From the human T2T-CHM13v2.0 reference genome, Homo sapiens, in the NCBI RefSeq assembly GCF_009914755.1, contig NC_060926.1: a stretch of DNA of 64,000 nt; one strand, 5' to 3'. The position numbers were made by a program, and so were the translations under genes. Within the stretch, counting starts at the first letter, position 1. Every line of letters starts with the position of its first letter. Shown here piece after piece: positions 30,610 to 43,499 of this stretch. The notes under the pieces were generated by a model, which did not search any database, had not been told where the DNA came from, and worked only from the letters and a program-made list of their open reading frames with translations.

Positions 30610-31062
30610 TGTATTAGGATTTTCCAGAGAAATAGAACCTATATAATATGTATGTATGTAGAAATTTACTTTGAGGAATCGGCTTACACAATTTTGGGTG
30701 CTTTATGGCAAGTCCCAAATCTGATTTAGGGGAACCAGAAGGCTGGATTGAGACTTAGGAAAGGGTTACAGTTCAAGTCTCCTGCTGTAGAACCCCAGAG
30801 AGCCTATGTTGTAGATGACATCTGAAGTCTATCTCCTGAAACATCCCCTTGTTTCAGAGGAGGTTGGGCTTTTGTTCTATTCAGGCCATCAACTGATTGG
30901 CTGAGGCCCACCCACATTGTGAAGGACAATTTACTTTACTCAAATCCATCAATTATAATGTAAATCTCATCAAAACTAGCCTCACAGAAACATAGTATAA
31001 TGCCTGACCAAATATCTGGGCACCATGAGTCAGTCAAATTGACACATAAAATGAACCATTAT
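30610..31062 (-). mobile_element. MLT2 (HERVL) solo LTR
   Basis: tgtattaggattttccagagaaa...aactgattggctgaggcccacccacatt...aaattgacacataaaatgaaccat. Confidence 0.85.
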
Positions 31063-31326
31063 CTCAAACAGGATTAATGGAGGAAAAAGAGAGAAAGAAA
31101 GAAGAGAAAATGGAAGAGAAAGAATACATATCACAAATATAATAAATGAGTCATTATTACTAAACCCATGAGCATTAAAATGATAAAGAAATATTTTAAA
31201 CAGCCCTATCCCTACTGTTTGATAACTCAGAAGACATAAACCAACTTCTTGAAATACATAAACTACCACAATTCATACAAGGAGAAAAAGATAATAAGAA
31301 TAGGACTGTATCTGTTAAAGAAATTA

Positions 31327-31465
31327 TTTGGGTACTATGTTCACTACCTGGACGACAAAATCATTTGTACCTCAAACCTCAGTGTCATGCAATAATATAC
31401 CCATGTAACAAACCTGCAAATGTACCCCATGAATGTAGAATAAAAGTTGAAGTTATTTTTAAAAA
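31327..31465 (+). mobile_element. Short L1PA15/16 3'-end insertion
   Basis: gggtactatgttcactacctgg...cccatgtaacaaacctgc...aataaaagttg. Confidence 0.8.
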
Positions 31466-31753
31466 GGAAACTAATCAATAATTAATAGCCTTCTAAAAAA
31501 GAATGCACCAGTCCTGGATGGTTTCACTAGTGATTTCAACCAAATATTAAAGAAATAAATGATACCAATTCTCCATAATATCTTTCAGAAAATAGAAACG
31601 AAGAACACTTTCAAATTTATTCTAGGAATCCAGTAATAACCTAATACTGATGCCATATAAGTAGATTACAAGAAAGAAAAACTGCAGACCAACATCTCTT
31701 ACGAATATAGATATGAAAATCCTAAACAAAATATTAGCAAATTGAATCCAAAA

Positions 31754-31756
<3 letters not shown>

Positions 31757-31805
<49 letters not shown>
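31757..31805. repeat. (AT)n microsatellite
   Basis: Seen directly. Confidence 0.95.
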
Positions 31806-31807
<2 letters not shown>

Positions 31808-32436
31808 AAAAATTTTTCAGCAGAGCCATGTGGGATTTATTCCAGATATACAAGGTTAATTAAATATTCAAAAATAAGTCAAGGTAAAACTCACTAATAA
31901 GAAAAGGTACAACCTAATTTAAAAATGGGAAAAAGATCTGAACAGGCACCTTACCAAAGATATGCAGATAAAAATAACCCATGCGAAAGGATGCACAATA
32001 TCCTATGTCATGAGGGAATTGTAAGTTAAAACAACAATGAGATACCATATGTACCATTAGAATGGCCAAAATCTAAAATGTTGAAAATACCAAATTTTGG
32101 CGAGGATATGGAGCAACAGGAGCTCTCATTCATTGTTGGCACGCATGCAAAATTATACAGTCACTTTGGAAAACAGCTGCCAGTTTTCTTAGAAAAATAA
32201 ATATACTTTTACTATATAATTCAACAATCGTGCTCTTGGTGTTTATCCAAATGAGTTAAAAATATATGTCCACACAGCTACTTTGAAAAAATTATGTCTA
32301 CCCAATAACCAGCACACAAATATTTATAGCAATTTTATTCATAATCATCGAAACTGGAAGCAACAAAGATATCTTTCAATATGTGATTGGTAAATAAACT
32401 GTGGTACAGCCATACAAAGGAATATTGTTCAGCAAT

Positions 32437-33940
32437 TGCTATGGCCTGAAAATTTATATATCTTCAAAATTTAAATATTGAAATCCTGACCCCCAAGGTA
32501 ATGGTATTAAAAGATGGGGCTTTGGAGAGGATTAGATCATGAAAGGCAGAGCCCTAAGGAGTGAGATTAGTGCCCTTAATAAAGAGGCCTGACAGCTCTC
32601 CCTCATCTCTTCTGCCATGTGAGGACCCAGCAAAAATAAGGCTTCTATGCACCAGGAAATGGGCCCTTACCAGATGCTGACTCTGCCAGCACCTTTACCT
32701 TGAACTTTCCAGTCCAAGAATTGTGAGAAATACATTTCTGTTGTTGATCATGTCAAGTTAAAAAGGTCCTGCACAGCAAAGGTAATGATCAACAAGATGA
32801 AGGGACAGCCCACAGAATGGAAGAAAATATTTGCAAACATCTGACAAGGGATTAATAGCCACGATATATAAGGAGCTCAAACAACTCTATAGGAAAAAAT
32901 CTAATAATCAAATAGATCAAAAAATGTACAGAAGATTTGAATAGGCATTTCTCAAAAGAAGACCTACAAATGATAAACAGGCATATGAAAAGTTGCTCAA
33001 CATCATTGATCATCAGAGAAATGCAAATCAAAATTACTATGAAATATCATTTCACCCCAGTTAATATGGCATTTATCCAAAAGACAGGCAATAACAAATG
33101 CTGGTGAGAATGTGGAGAAAAGGGAATTCCTGTACACTGCTGGTGGGAATGTAAATTAGTATGACTACTATGGGGAACAGTTTGGAGGTTCCTCAAAAAA
33201 CTAAAAATAGAGCTACCATATGATCTAGCAATCCCACTCCTGTATATATACCCAAAGAAAGGAATAGATATCTGCACTCCCATATTTATTGTGGCACTAT
33301 TCACAATAGCCCATATTTGGAAGGAACCTAAGTGTCTATCAACAGATGAATGGATAAAGAAAATGTGGTACATACACACAATGGAGTATTATTCAGCCGT
33401 AAAAAAATGAGATACAGTCATTTGCAATAACACGGATGGAACTGGAGATCTTTATGTTAAGTGAAATAAGCTAGGCACAGAAAAACAAATATTGCATATT
33501 TTCACTTATTTGTGGGATCTAAAAATCAAAACAATTGAACTGATGGACATAGAAAGTAAAAGGATCGTTACCAGAGACTGGGAAGGGTAGTGGGGTGGTG
33601 TCGGGGGAACTGAAGATGGCCAATGGGTACAAAAAAATAGAAAGAATGAATAATATCTAGTATTTAATAGCACAAGAGGGTGATTGTAGTCAATAATAAC
33701 TTAATTGTGTATTTTACAATAACTAAGAGTATAACTGGGCTGTTGGTAACCCAAAAGATAAATGCTTAAAGGGATAGATACGCCATTTCCCATGATGTGA
33801 TTATTATGTATTCAATACCTGTATGAAAATATCTCATGTATCCTATAAATATATATACCTACTATGTACTCACAAAAATTGAAAATTAAAATTTCTGTTG
33901 TTTATAACCTGCTTATATATGGCATTTTATTATAGCAATT
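32437..33940 (+). mobile_element. MLT1A-like LTR interrupted by an L1MA
   Basis: tgctatggcctgaa...gattagtgccctt...ctgccagcacc; resumes after 33890. Confidence 0.8.
32746..33890 (+). mobile_element. 5'-truncated L1MA (L1MA2-like)
   Basis: ORF2 C-terminus plus 3'UTR; perfect 12-bp TSD atttctgttgtt (32734-32745, 33891-33902). Confidence 0.9.
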
Positions 33941-35381
33941 ATAACAAAAAACCTTTGAAAAGAAATAAGACATCAAGCCACATGAATATGGATAATCCTT
34001 ACATGTATTTTGCTAAGTGAAATAAAACAGCTCAAAAAGTTAACAAACTCTGTGATTCCAATTATATGACATTCTGAAAAAGGCAAAACTATGAGATGAG
34101 AAAAATGTTAGTGGTTGACAAGGATGTGGGAAGTTGGTTGAGGGTTGAACGGGCGAAGAAAAGGGAATTTTTTTAGAGCAGCGAATTGTCTTTGTATGAT
34201 ATTGTAATGGTGGATACATGACACTATATATTTTTCAAAACTGATAAAACTTTATAGCACAAAGAATGAGCCCTAATGTATGAAAATATAAAAAATACAT
34301 TTAGGAAGTTGGGTATCCCAGGATAGAATATAGCTTGAAACAACACAATCTGTGTTTCAATGTATAAAATGTCCTTAATGAAGAGAGTATAGGAAAGGTT
34401 CTGATCTCAGTAACTGAAAATGAGTGGATCTGTAAGAGCAAAGGTGAAAGAAGCTTTATAGAAGCACTCTATGCTGGTTGTTTCCCTTAGTGGTATGGAT
34501 TAACAATGCTGATACCACTATTCATGTATGCTGGAATTGTGCCAATAAGTAAATGCATGTCTGATGGTGGGAGCCGGATTTTTCACTATTGATTACAGAT
34601 AGAGAAGGAGGCCAGAATGATCTATGTAGTAATAGATTAGAGTTGGAGATATCTTATGAATTCATATTCAGCTTATCACAGATACAGATAGTCATATATA
34701 GAAATATTTATAGCTATATGTAGCAGATAATTACTTCCTTGCTCTGTCAGGTGAGAGGGCCTAGGAGCAATGACTTCTAATAGCATCGAGATCTTGTTTT
34801 CTGCTACCACTCCCTAATGAAAGGAACCAAGGTTCCTGGGAAAAATGGTTGATACTAGGACTGTGGCAGAAAATATATAACATGAACCTGGAACATACAG
34901 CAATGCCAGAAAGTAAGAAGGTGCTAAAAAACAACAACAACAGCAACAAAAACAGAAAAAAAGAAAAACAATCGTGGGGCATGTCAAAAGGCCATAATTG
35001 AGAAAGCTCTCAATAGCCAAATTTGGAGCAATTTGAGCACCAAAATAAATGAAATTATATTGGATTATATCACAAAGTAAAAAAAAATTGAGCCCATCCT
35101 GATAAAAATTATTGAATAATTACGTAAGTGGGGATAATGGAAAAATCTCCCATGCAGAATAATTCCAAATAGAAATAATCCCAATTTATGTAGATATTCC
35201 TCCTTCAAGGATACAAAGCATAATTCCTCAATTTTCAGGTTTGCGTTGTGTACAGTGACTTCTTTCCAAAGAGTACAGTGTGGGAAAGAGGGAAGGAGTA
35301 ACTTTACAGTGCAGAAACCTGACAAACACTAACTCGTGTGGGTGACCAAGTTTAATGCTAACAGTAATGTTGATAGAATGC

Positions 35382-35731
35382 TGATATAGTATGGCTATGT
35401 CCTACCAAAATCTCAGCTTGAATTGTGTCTCCCAGAAATCCCCTGTGTTGTCGGAGGGACCCAGGGGGAGGTAATTGAATCATGGGAGCTGGTCTTTCCC
35501 ATGCTATTCTGGTGATAATGAATAAGTATCACGAGATCTGATGGGTTTATCAGGGGTTTCTGCTTTTGCTTCTTCCTCATTTTCTCTTGTTGCTGCCATG
35601 TAAGAAGAGCCTTTCACCTCCCATCATGATTCTGAGGCCTCCCCAGCCATGTGGAACTGTAAGTCCAATTAAACCTTTTTCGTGGCCAGTTTCGGGTGTA
35701 TTTATCAGCAGCGTGAAAACGAACTAATACA
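35382..35731 (+). mobile_element. THE1A-like MaLR solo LTR
   Basis: gggacccagggggaggtaattgaatcatggg...gggtttatcaggggtttc...aactaataca. Confidence 0.88.
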
Positions 35732-36544
35732 GTTGCCCTCTTGAAATAATATGAGGATGTGAGGAAAGTGGTACTTTACCTTTGAGATGTTCCTCACAAA
35801 ATGAATAACCTCAGTTGAATCATAATAAATACATCAGACAAATCCCAATTTAGAGGAACATTCTACACAATACTTAACCTGTACCCCTCAAAACCCCGTT
35901 CAAAAACAAGGAAACTTTGAGAAACACGACCAAAAAGAGCCTAAGGAGTCATGACTAGTGAATATATTGTGATATCCTGGCTGGAATGGTGAAACAGAAA
36001 ACAATTTTGAGTAAAAATGAATGAAACTTGAATAAAATAATAGACTTTAGTTAACATGTTCTATTATTTATTCATTAATTATAACAAATGCGCTATAGTA
36101 ATGTTAGAAGGTAATAAAAGCAGAAACTGGTGTGGGCTGTATAAGAACTCTATTTCATAGTTTTTTTGTAAATATAAAACCATTACAAAATAAAAATTTA
36201 AAAACCAATGTTAAAAAAGTGCGTAAGCAATGTTTGGCAGACACAATCTTAGTACTGGTCACAACGAATACATTTTCTATCATTTGGTAGTCACAAAGCT
36301 GCTTGTTGGGAAGATGGAAGTGGTGAGGAAAAAAGTGAAGAAGGAAAGGCTTAGCAAACCAGTGTTTCTAACTCCACTCTTCTGACCTAGCTTCTGGTTC
36401 AGTGGCATAAATGAGTAACAGATGTGTGAACTGGATATGTTTCAGCACTCAGGAGAATGTGGTTTTCAGCATAGATTTCAGAAAGCAGTTCCTCCAGTCT
36501 TTAAAAAGTTTTTTATTTTTATTTTTTTTAAGCTGACAAAAATT

Positions 36545-38490
36545 GTATTTATTTATTTTAAATAATTTTTTCTACTTTTATTTTAGATTCAGGGGGTACA
36601 TGTGTAGTTTTGTGACATGGGTATACTGTGTAATGCTGAGGTTTGGGGTACCCAAAATATAGGTACTGAGCATAGTTCCCAATAGGTTGTTTTTCAACCT
36701 TTGCCTTCTCTCCTCCCTTTGCCCTCTAGTAGTCTCCAGTGCCTATTATTCCCATCTTTATGTTCATGTTTACCCAGTGTTTAGTTCCCACTTATAAGTG
36801 AGAACGTGGTATTTGGTTTTCTGTTCTTGTGTTAATTGAGTTAGGATAATGGCTTCCAGCTGCATCCATGTTGATGCTTCAAAGGAAATGATTTCAATCT
36901 TTTTCATGACTGCATAGTATTCCATGGTGTATATGTGTCACATTTCCTTCTTCCAACCCAACATTGATGAGCATTTTGGTTGAGTCCATGTCTTTGTTTT
37001 TGTGAACAAATGATATGATGAATATATGAGTTCATGTGTCTTCTTGGTAGAATGATTTATTTCCTTTGGGTATATACCCAATAATGAGATTGCTGGATAG
37101 AATGGTAGTTCTGATTTGAGTTCTTTGAGAAATCTCCAAAGTGCTTTCCACAGTGGCTGATCTAATTTGCATTTCCACCAAGAATGTATAAGTGTTCCCT
37201 TTTCTCTGCAGCCTCTCCTACATCTATTATTTTTTGACTTTTTATTAATAGCCATTCTGACTGGCCTGAGGTGCTATCTCATTGTGGTTTTGATTTGCAT
37301 TTCTCTAATTCTTAGTGATGTTGATCACTTTTCCTTGTTATTGGCTGCTTGTGTGTCCTCTTTTGAGGAACATCAGTCCAAAATGCTCCTAGAACTGATA
37401 AATGACCTCAGTAAAGTTTTACAATACAAAATCAATGTACAAAAATTATAGAAAACATAGAAAATGTAGCATTTTTATATACCAGTTATGTTCAAGCTGA
37501 GGGTCAAATCAAGAGTGCAATCTCATTTACAATAACTGCTCATAAAACAAAACAAAACAAAACAAAAAACTAGGAAGACAGCTAACCAAGGAGTTGAAAG
37601 ATCTCTACAAGGAGAACTAAAAAACACTGTTGAAAGAAATCATAGATGACACAAACAAATGAAAAACCATTTCATGCTCATGAGTTGAAAGAATCAATAT
37701 CAAAATGGCTATACTGCCCAAAGCAATCTACAGATACAATGCTATTCCCATCAAACTACCAATGACATTCTTCACAGAACTAGAAAAAACTATTTTAAAA
37801 TTCATATGGAACCAAAAAAGAGCCCAAATAGCCAAAGCAATCCTAAGCAAAAAGAACAAAGCTGGAGGCATCATGTTACCTGACTTTGAACTATGTTACA
37901 GGGCTACAGTTAGCAAAACAGTATAGTGCTGGTACAAAAACACATAGACCAAGGGAACAGAATAGAGAACCCAGAAATCAAGCCACACATCTAAAACCAC
38001 CTGATCTTCAAGAAAGTCAACAAAAATAAGCAACGGAGAAAGGATTCCTTATTCAATAAATGGTGCAGGAATAACTGGCTGGCTACATGCGGAATAAAAC
38101 TGGTCTTCTTTCTTTCACTGTACACAAAAATTAACTCAAGATGGATTAAGGATTTAAATGTAAGTCCTCACAATATTAAAATTCTAGAAGAAAACCTAGG
38201 AAATACCATGGCCATCGGCCATGGGATATAATTAAAGACTAAGTCTTCAGAAGTGATCGCAACAAAAACAAAAATTGACAAGTGGGACCTAATTAAACGA
38301 AAGAGCTTCTATACAGCAAAAGAAACTATCAACAGAGTAAACAGATAAAGTACAGAATGGGAGAAAATATTAACAAACTATGCCTCCAACAAAGATCTAA
38401 TATTCTAATATCTAGAATATATAAATTAATCAATTCAACCAGAAAACACAAACACACACACACACACACCACGAATAACCACAAATAAAG
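36545..38490 (-). mobile_element. L1PA15/16-like LINE-1 with a 5' inversion (36545-37366 antisense 3' end, 37367-38490 plus-strand ORF2)
   Basis: 3'UTR reads on minus; adjacent ORF2 segment ([19 protein letters not shown]) reads on plus; the two pieces are nearly contiguous in L1 coordinates. Confidence 0.85.
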
Positions 38491-39764
38491 ATGTACCTTT
38501 TGTTTAATGTAGTTATAATATGAGTCACCTGTCTGTTGTATATATTTTGAACTTCACATGTCCCATAAATTAGTCCATTAAGAGAGGTAGAGCTACGAAT
38601 ATGGTATCTGAATTTTTAAAAAAGTGTTTTCTCTTTCTGAAATAACAAAGTAGCTCCACAAAAAAAAGTTTATGTTTTCTCTTAAAGATTTTATGATAAA
38701 TTTCTGCTGAACATTACAGTTACAAGATGAAAGCATTTTATTCTGTTTTGGTTCCATAGTTGCCTGCCATAATTTACAGAAGGAAGAGATTAGTTAAGAG
38801 TAAATTTGGCAACAACAAAGGCCTCCTTGTGGAATGTCAGTTCACTGTTTGCTTCTTGTTTCTCAACACAGTACTCCTCAAATAATAAGAATATGGGTGT
38901 TGAAAAGCTGGACACAGTTGTCAGATAAAAATCACTCCATATGTTATCAGATATGGTCTTGTATATAGAATTTGAGTAGCTCTTTGTTGAAATGGCTGTT
39001 GGGAGCGTATTGCTTCCTAGGATTCATATGCTCTGATTTTTCTGTCCTAAGGACAAAATATAGACAGCCATAAAATATGTTGTTCTCCCAGCAGTTTATG
39101 GAATCTTAAAATATGCTCTGATATTTTCTTTACCAAAAGAAATTTTATGTAAGTTGTGAAGTACCTTTCTTAATTGAATTTAATCGAAGTACCTTTCTTA
39201 CCATTATTGGAGTCATTTCAGAAAGAGTTTCAAATTTAACCAGTAGGATCAATAGCTTCCTGAGAATCTTGTTGCTTCTAGAGAATTTAAGTCTTATAAA
39301 ATTACATTCTCAAGAAGATTACAAAAATGTATTGAGTATTCTCTTTGTGAAAAATTTTAGATATGTTATTTTTAATTATCACAAAAGGTTTATGACATAC
39401 TCTTAGTTACAATTTGCAAATGAGAAAACTGAAGACAAAAGTGATTAGTATCTTCTCAAGATCACACAGTTATGAGGATATGGTCACATGCTTGAACTTG
39501 ACTCCAAAGCTAGAAACAAATTTTAAATATATATGTACGTATATATAAAATTTATATAAAAATATGTGTTGTATGTGTACATATAATTTATATAAAATTT
39601 AGACGTTATCTTTCCAGGAAACTATAAGACTATATTTAGAATTTGCTTGTATTTGTACCTACTCTGTTTTCACTGTTGCCACAGCCATTTGCCTTGTCTG
39701 AATAGAAAACTAGATAGGTGTCCAGAGTGCAGATACTTAAAAAATCGTGTTTTCAACATCTGAT

Positions 39765-39766
<2 letters not shown>

Positions 39767-39810
<44 letters not shown>
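39767..39810. repeat. (TG)~22 microsatellite
   Basis: Seen directly. Confidence 0.97.
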
Positions 39811-39811
<1 letters not shown>

Positions 39812-40359
39812 TGTTTTGTCTCAACTTTTTTCTCTCTTGTCAAAGGTCCATTTTGTTTTGTTTTGTCCTTTTAGATGACTGAGAGTAACTTAGGATTGCA
39901 GAGAATAATTTGCAAACCTTCTTTCACAGGAGCTCTCGGGGATTTCTGCGGCTTCTCATCTCTTCCACCTTCTCAACAAGTAGAATGGTAATAGCAAAAT
40001 TATATGCCAAATTCTGTTAAAGAAACCCTCCATCTTGTACATTTATTTTGAGGTGAGAGACTGAAAACTGTTCATTTTGCAAAGATGAATAAATAAGTGA
40101 AGATCTAGGTTACTGGAAAGAACAGCAAATGTGTTGTATCTACCTGTACCATGTGCTAAGACTACAAATATAAATAAGATATGGTTTTTTGTATTTAAGG
40201 AGTTTTGCGTTTGTGCTGTGACAAGTTAAAATGTTTTAAAGTTTTGAAACTCAATTCAATTCTGCAGTTTAGAAATCATTGTTTCCTCACTGAAATATCT
40301 CTGCTCTTACAGTTTTTCCTGGAATCATGTACGATAGTTGCTTAATGGGAGCTTATTGT

Positions 40360-40510
40360 ATGACAGAGTTTAAGGAAAGGAATAAGGATAGTTCTATGCT
40401 ACTTCTGTCAACGACCAGTAGGAGAACCTGAGTAGGTAATTTTAGCCTGAGTCTCAGTATTCTCATGTTAAATTTAGGGTTTGTTCTCAATGACATTTGA
40501 AACTGCTTCT
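40360..40510 (+). mobile_element. MIR fragment
   Basis: aacctgagtaggtaattttagcctgagtctcagtattctcatgttaaat. Confidence 0.45.
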
Positions 40511-41314
40511 GTGCATGAACTAGAAGGTCTGCATTGAAGTATATAATGCACTTAACAAAACATCTGATACAGACATTATAAAGAAAATATCGGTTTACAT
40601 TTCAATTTAGTTAAACTTCACAGTTAAGTGGCCTTAAAAAGTCATCTGTTTCTTTTCGTGTTATACAAGGTGCAAATATATTAGATCCAATGCAAGAATG
40701 AGGTTGGTTTGATTCTTAGCATCACACTGCCAAGATTGATGTCCTTGTATATATTACTTCACTGAGCCTCACAACACATAATCTGAAAAAAAATTTTAAA
40801 AGGATGTTTAATCAAATGAATATCATTTTTCTTCTAATTTAGATGGAATGGATATATCATTTTTAAATGGTTCCCACGCAGACAAGCTTTGTTGCATAGA
40901 CTCTTTAGCCACAATAATCAACATATTTTGATGTGATGGAACAAACCAATGTTGTATTGAAGGCAACCGTTGGTCCTCCAACAATTCATACACTGTTCAA
41001 TATGTGTTAATCTCTATACTCCTCATCCTCTTTTTAAAGTGTGTTAGCTTCTGTAAGACTTTGACAACATTGCACTGTAAAATTACAGTAAATATCTATA
41101 AAGATATATATCTATATAAATGAAATAATATAGAAACCTGCTCTCTTCTTTTCAAAACGTTAATCTGAAGAAGTAGACTATTCAGTCTTTATTCTACAGT
41201 TTCCTCGATGATACATATATACAGTTTATATTTTCCAAGATGTATCAAGATGTATTTGCTCTTAAAATGCCACCACTAATTAAATTCTAGGACATTCTTC
41301 AATACTTCATACAT

Positions 41315-41650
41315 AGGCAGTCCCCCCTTATCTGCAGGGAATATGTTCCATGAACCCCCCCATTGGGTGCCTGAAACCATGAACAGTACCAAACACTATA
41401 TATCCTATGTTTTTCCTGTATGTGCATACCTATGATAAAGTTTAATTTATAAGTTATGACAGTAAGAGAATCACAAAAATAACTAATAGTAAAATACAAT
41501 AATTATAACAATATACTATAATAAAAGTTACATGAATGTGGTCTTTTTCTCTCTCAATATATCTATTGTACTCACCTGTTTTCAGACTGAAGTTGACCAC
41601 CAATTACTAAAATCATAAAAAGCAGAACCATGGATGAGGGGGAACTACTG
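41315..41650. mobile_element. MER44A (Tigger7-derived MITE)
   Basis: TIR-like gtccccccttatctgc / ggatgaggggg-aactactg; atacctatgataaagtttaatttataa core. Confidence 0.85.
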
Positions 41651-43499
41651 TGACTGAACCCTATGTTGTTTCTCTTCTTTCTTCTACCTAGACAGCATTT
41701 CTGTAGCTGGTCTTAGGGGCACTAGAGATTTGAAACTATAAGAAATAGTTTTAAAGAGACTGACATTCACTTTTCACATTTCAGAGATCACAAAAAGCTC
41801 TTGTTTCTCAGTAGAGGTTGCAGTATCTTATGCTTAGGGACACTTGAGTATCCTGTTGAGGCTTGGCATTAAAACAAATTCATTGATGTTCTTCTGTGGA
41901 ACTACAGGCTGGCCTTTTGTTTATTATTGTTATATTTTATTTGTATAGATATCCCACCATGCTGTGTGCTATAAATAGTGATGTTTTTATTGTTAGTGCC
42001 CTACACTTAATAAAGCTGTGGTTTTCCTGGCAATTAATTGTGCTGACAATCAATGCAAGGCTGCAGGCAGTGTGTTTATGTGCTGAGCTTTTGATGAGTA
42101 AAACCCCAAGAAGTCAGGCTGACAGAATGAAATACACTGCTCAGACATAAAGTCACATTCTGTTCTTGGTTTGAGCAAATGACAGTTGATTATAGACTGA
42201 GCCTAGGCCTGATTTTGCTTGTAAGGTAGAGAGTATTTGGTCACCTTTAAGCAAGAAGGTTAGGCACTTATTTAGAATAAAATAACATGAGAAAATTACT
42301 TGTATCTGTTTTTTGTCAACATGTAGTCTATTTTTGGAAAATTTATTTAATTTGAAATGCCCTAGTAGCCTTTGGAAAGCTTTTATCTTTCCACCAGTTG
42401 TTAGGAAATAGCTTTTTGGTGGATTCTTCCAACTAAACTTAACTCACTTGACTTCCCTGGATTAAATATGGCTGATGACTTTGTATTCTTCTCCCTATTT
42501 CCTTTTCTTCTTCCGTGTACTAAACAATACCATTCTGTAACATATGACATTTAACTCTACATCCCGACTCACTGGATGTTTAATCTTTGTACAGTAATCA
42601 TGTCAATGACAGATAAAAGGCAATCAGTGATTGAAGTGGGAACAGATCCATTCAGTAAATAACACTATCTTCCTTGTTGTTCCAGTATCAAATCTATTTT
42701 AAAAATGTAAATGTAAACTATTATTTTAACAACCCTCAAGTTATCCACAAGCTCTTATTGGTGCTTTCCTCAAAGGCTCACTTAGATAATAGTAGAACTC
42801 AGTTTTTCCTTATTAACACTTATAATAAATGAATGTATAAAATTTAATTTATACTTAATTCCCACAATTATGTTTATCAGACATGGATTTGAACCAAATG
42901 GACCATTGTGTGCATACAAATCTATGCTTTAATAATAGAGATAATATTGAGGCTCTTATTTTTCTTTTTGTTATAGCTCTTAAATATATATATGTATATT
43001 TATATAAAATCTTAGATGTACAGAAAGTTATTTCTATGCTCTAGTAATTTGTTGAGAAAAAACCATGTTCAGCATAGGCACTAAACAAATATTTGGTGAA
43101 TGATTGACTTAACAAACAAACAAGTAAATAATGATCCTATTATAATGAAACCTATTTGTGTGTACTGTTTTATAAGATATATTTGTAGAGTTTGAAGTGA
43201 CAAAAGTAATTCATATGGGATTTCCGGTTTCCAGTTAGGGCTGTTGAAATTTGGAAAGAACTTCACTGTCAAATTTAAAACAAAAACATTACCACACAAA
43301 CATCAAGTTTGTGACTTACTTTGAACCTATTAAGGTGGTGAAGTTACAGGAAAGCCAAATGGCCCCAAGTGTGAAAAGAAAAGAGCACCTGCAGAGAAAG
43401 GGGAGGTACAAATTCTAGCTTATGTGGGGAGGAAGTAGCCAGCCCTGATAATGAGGGTTTAATTAGGATAATTGGCAAATTGATGGAGGGCAGCCAAAG

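Larger units (their letters stand above)
28800..36200 (+). mobile_element. L1MD-like LINE-1 (ORF2 with internal deletion, long 3'UTR) hosting nested elements
   Basis: Endonuclease peptide TIIVGDFNIPLSIIDRS (ORF 29849); jump from RT to C-terminal region near 31885; L1MD-type 3'UTR (gatggtgggagcc, aaaggaaccaagg). Confidence 0.8.
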
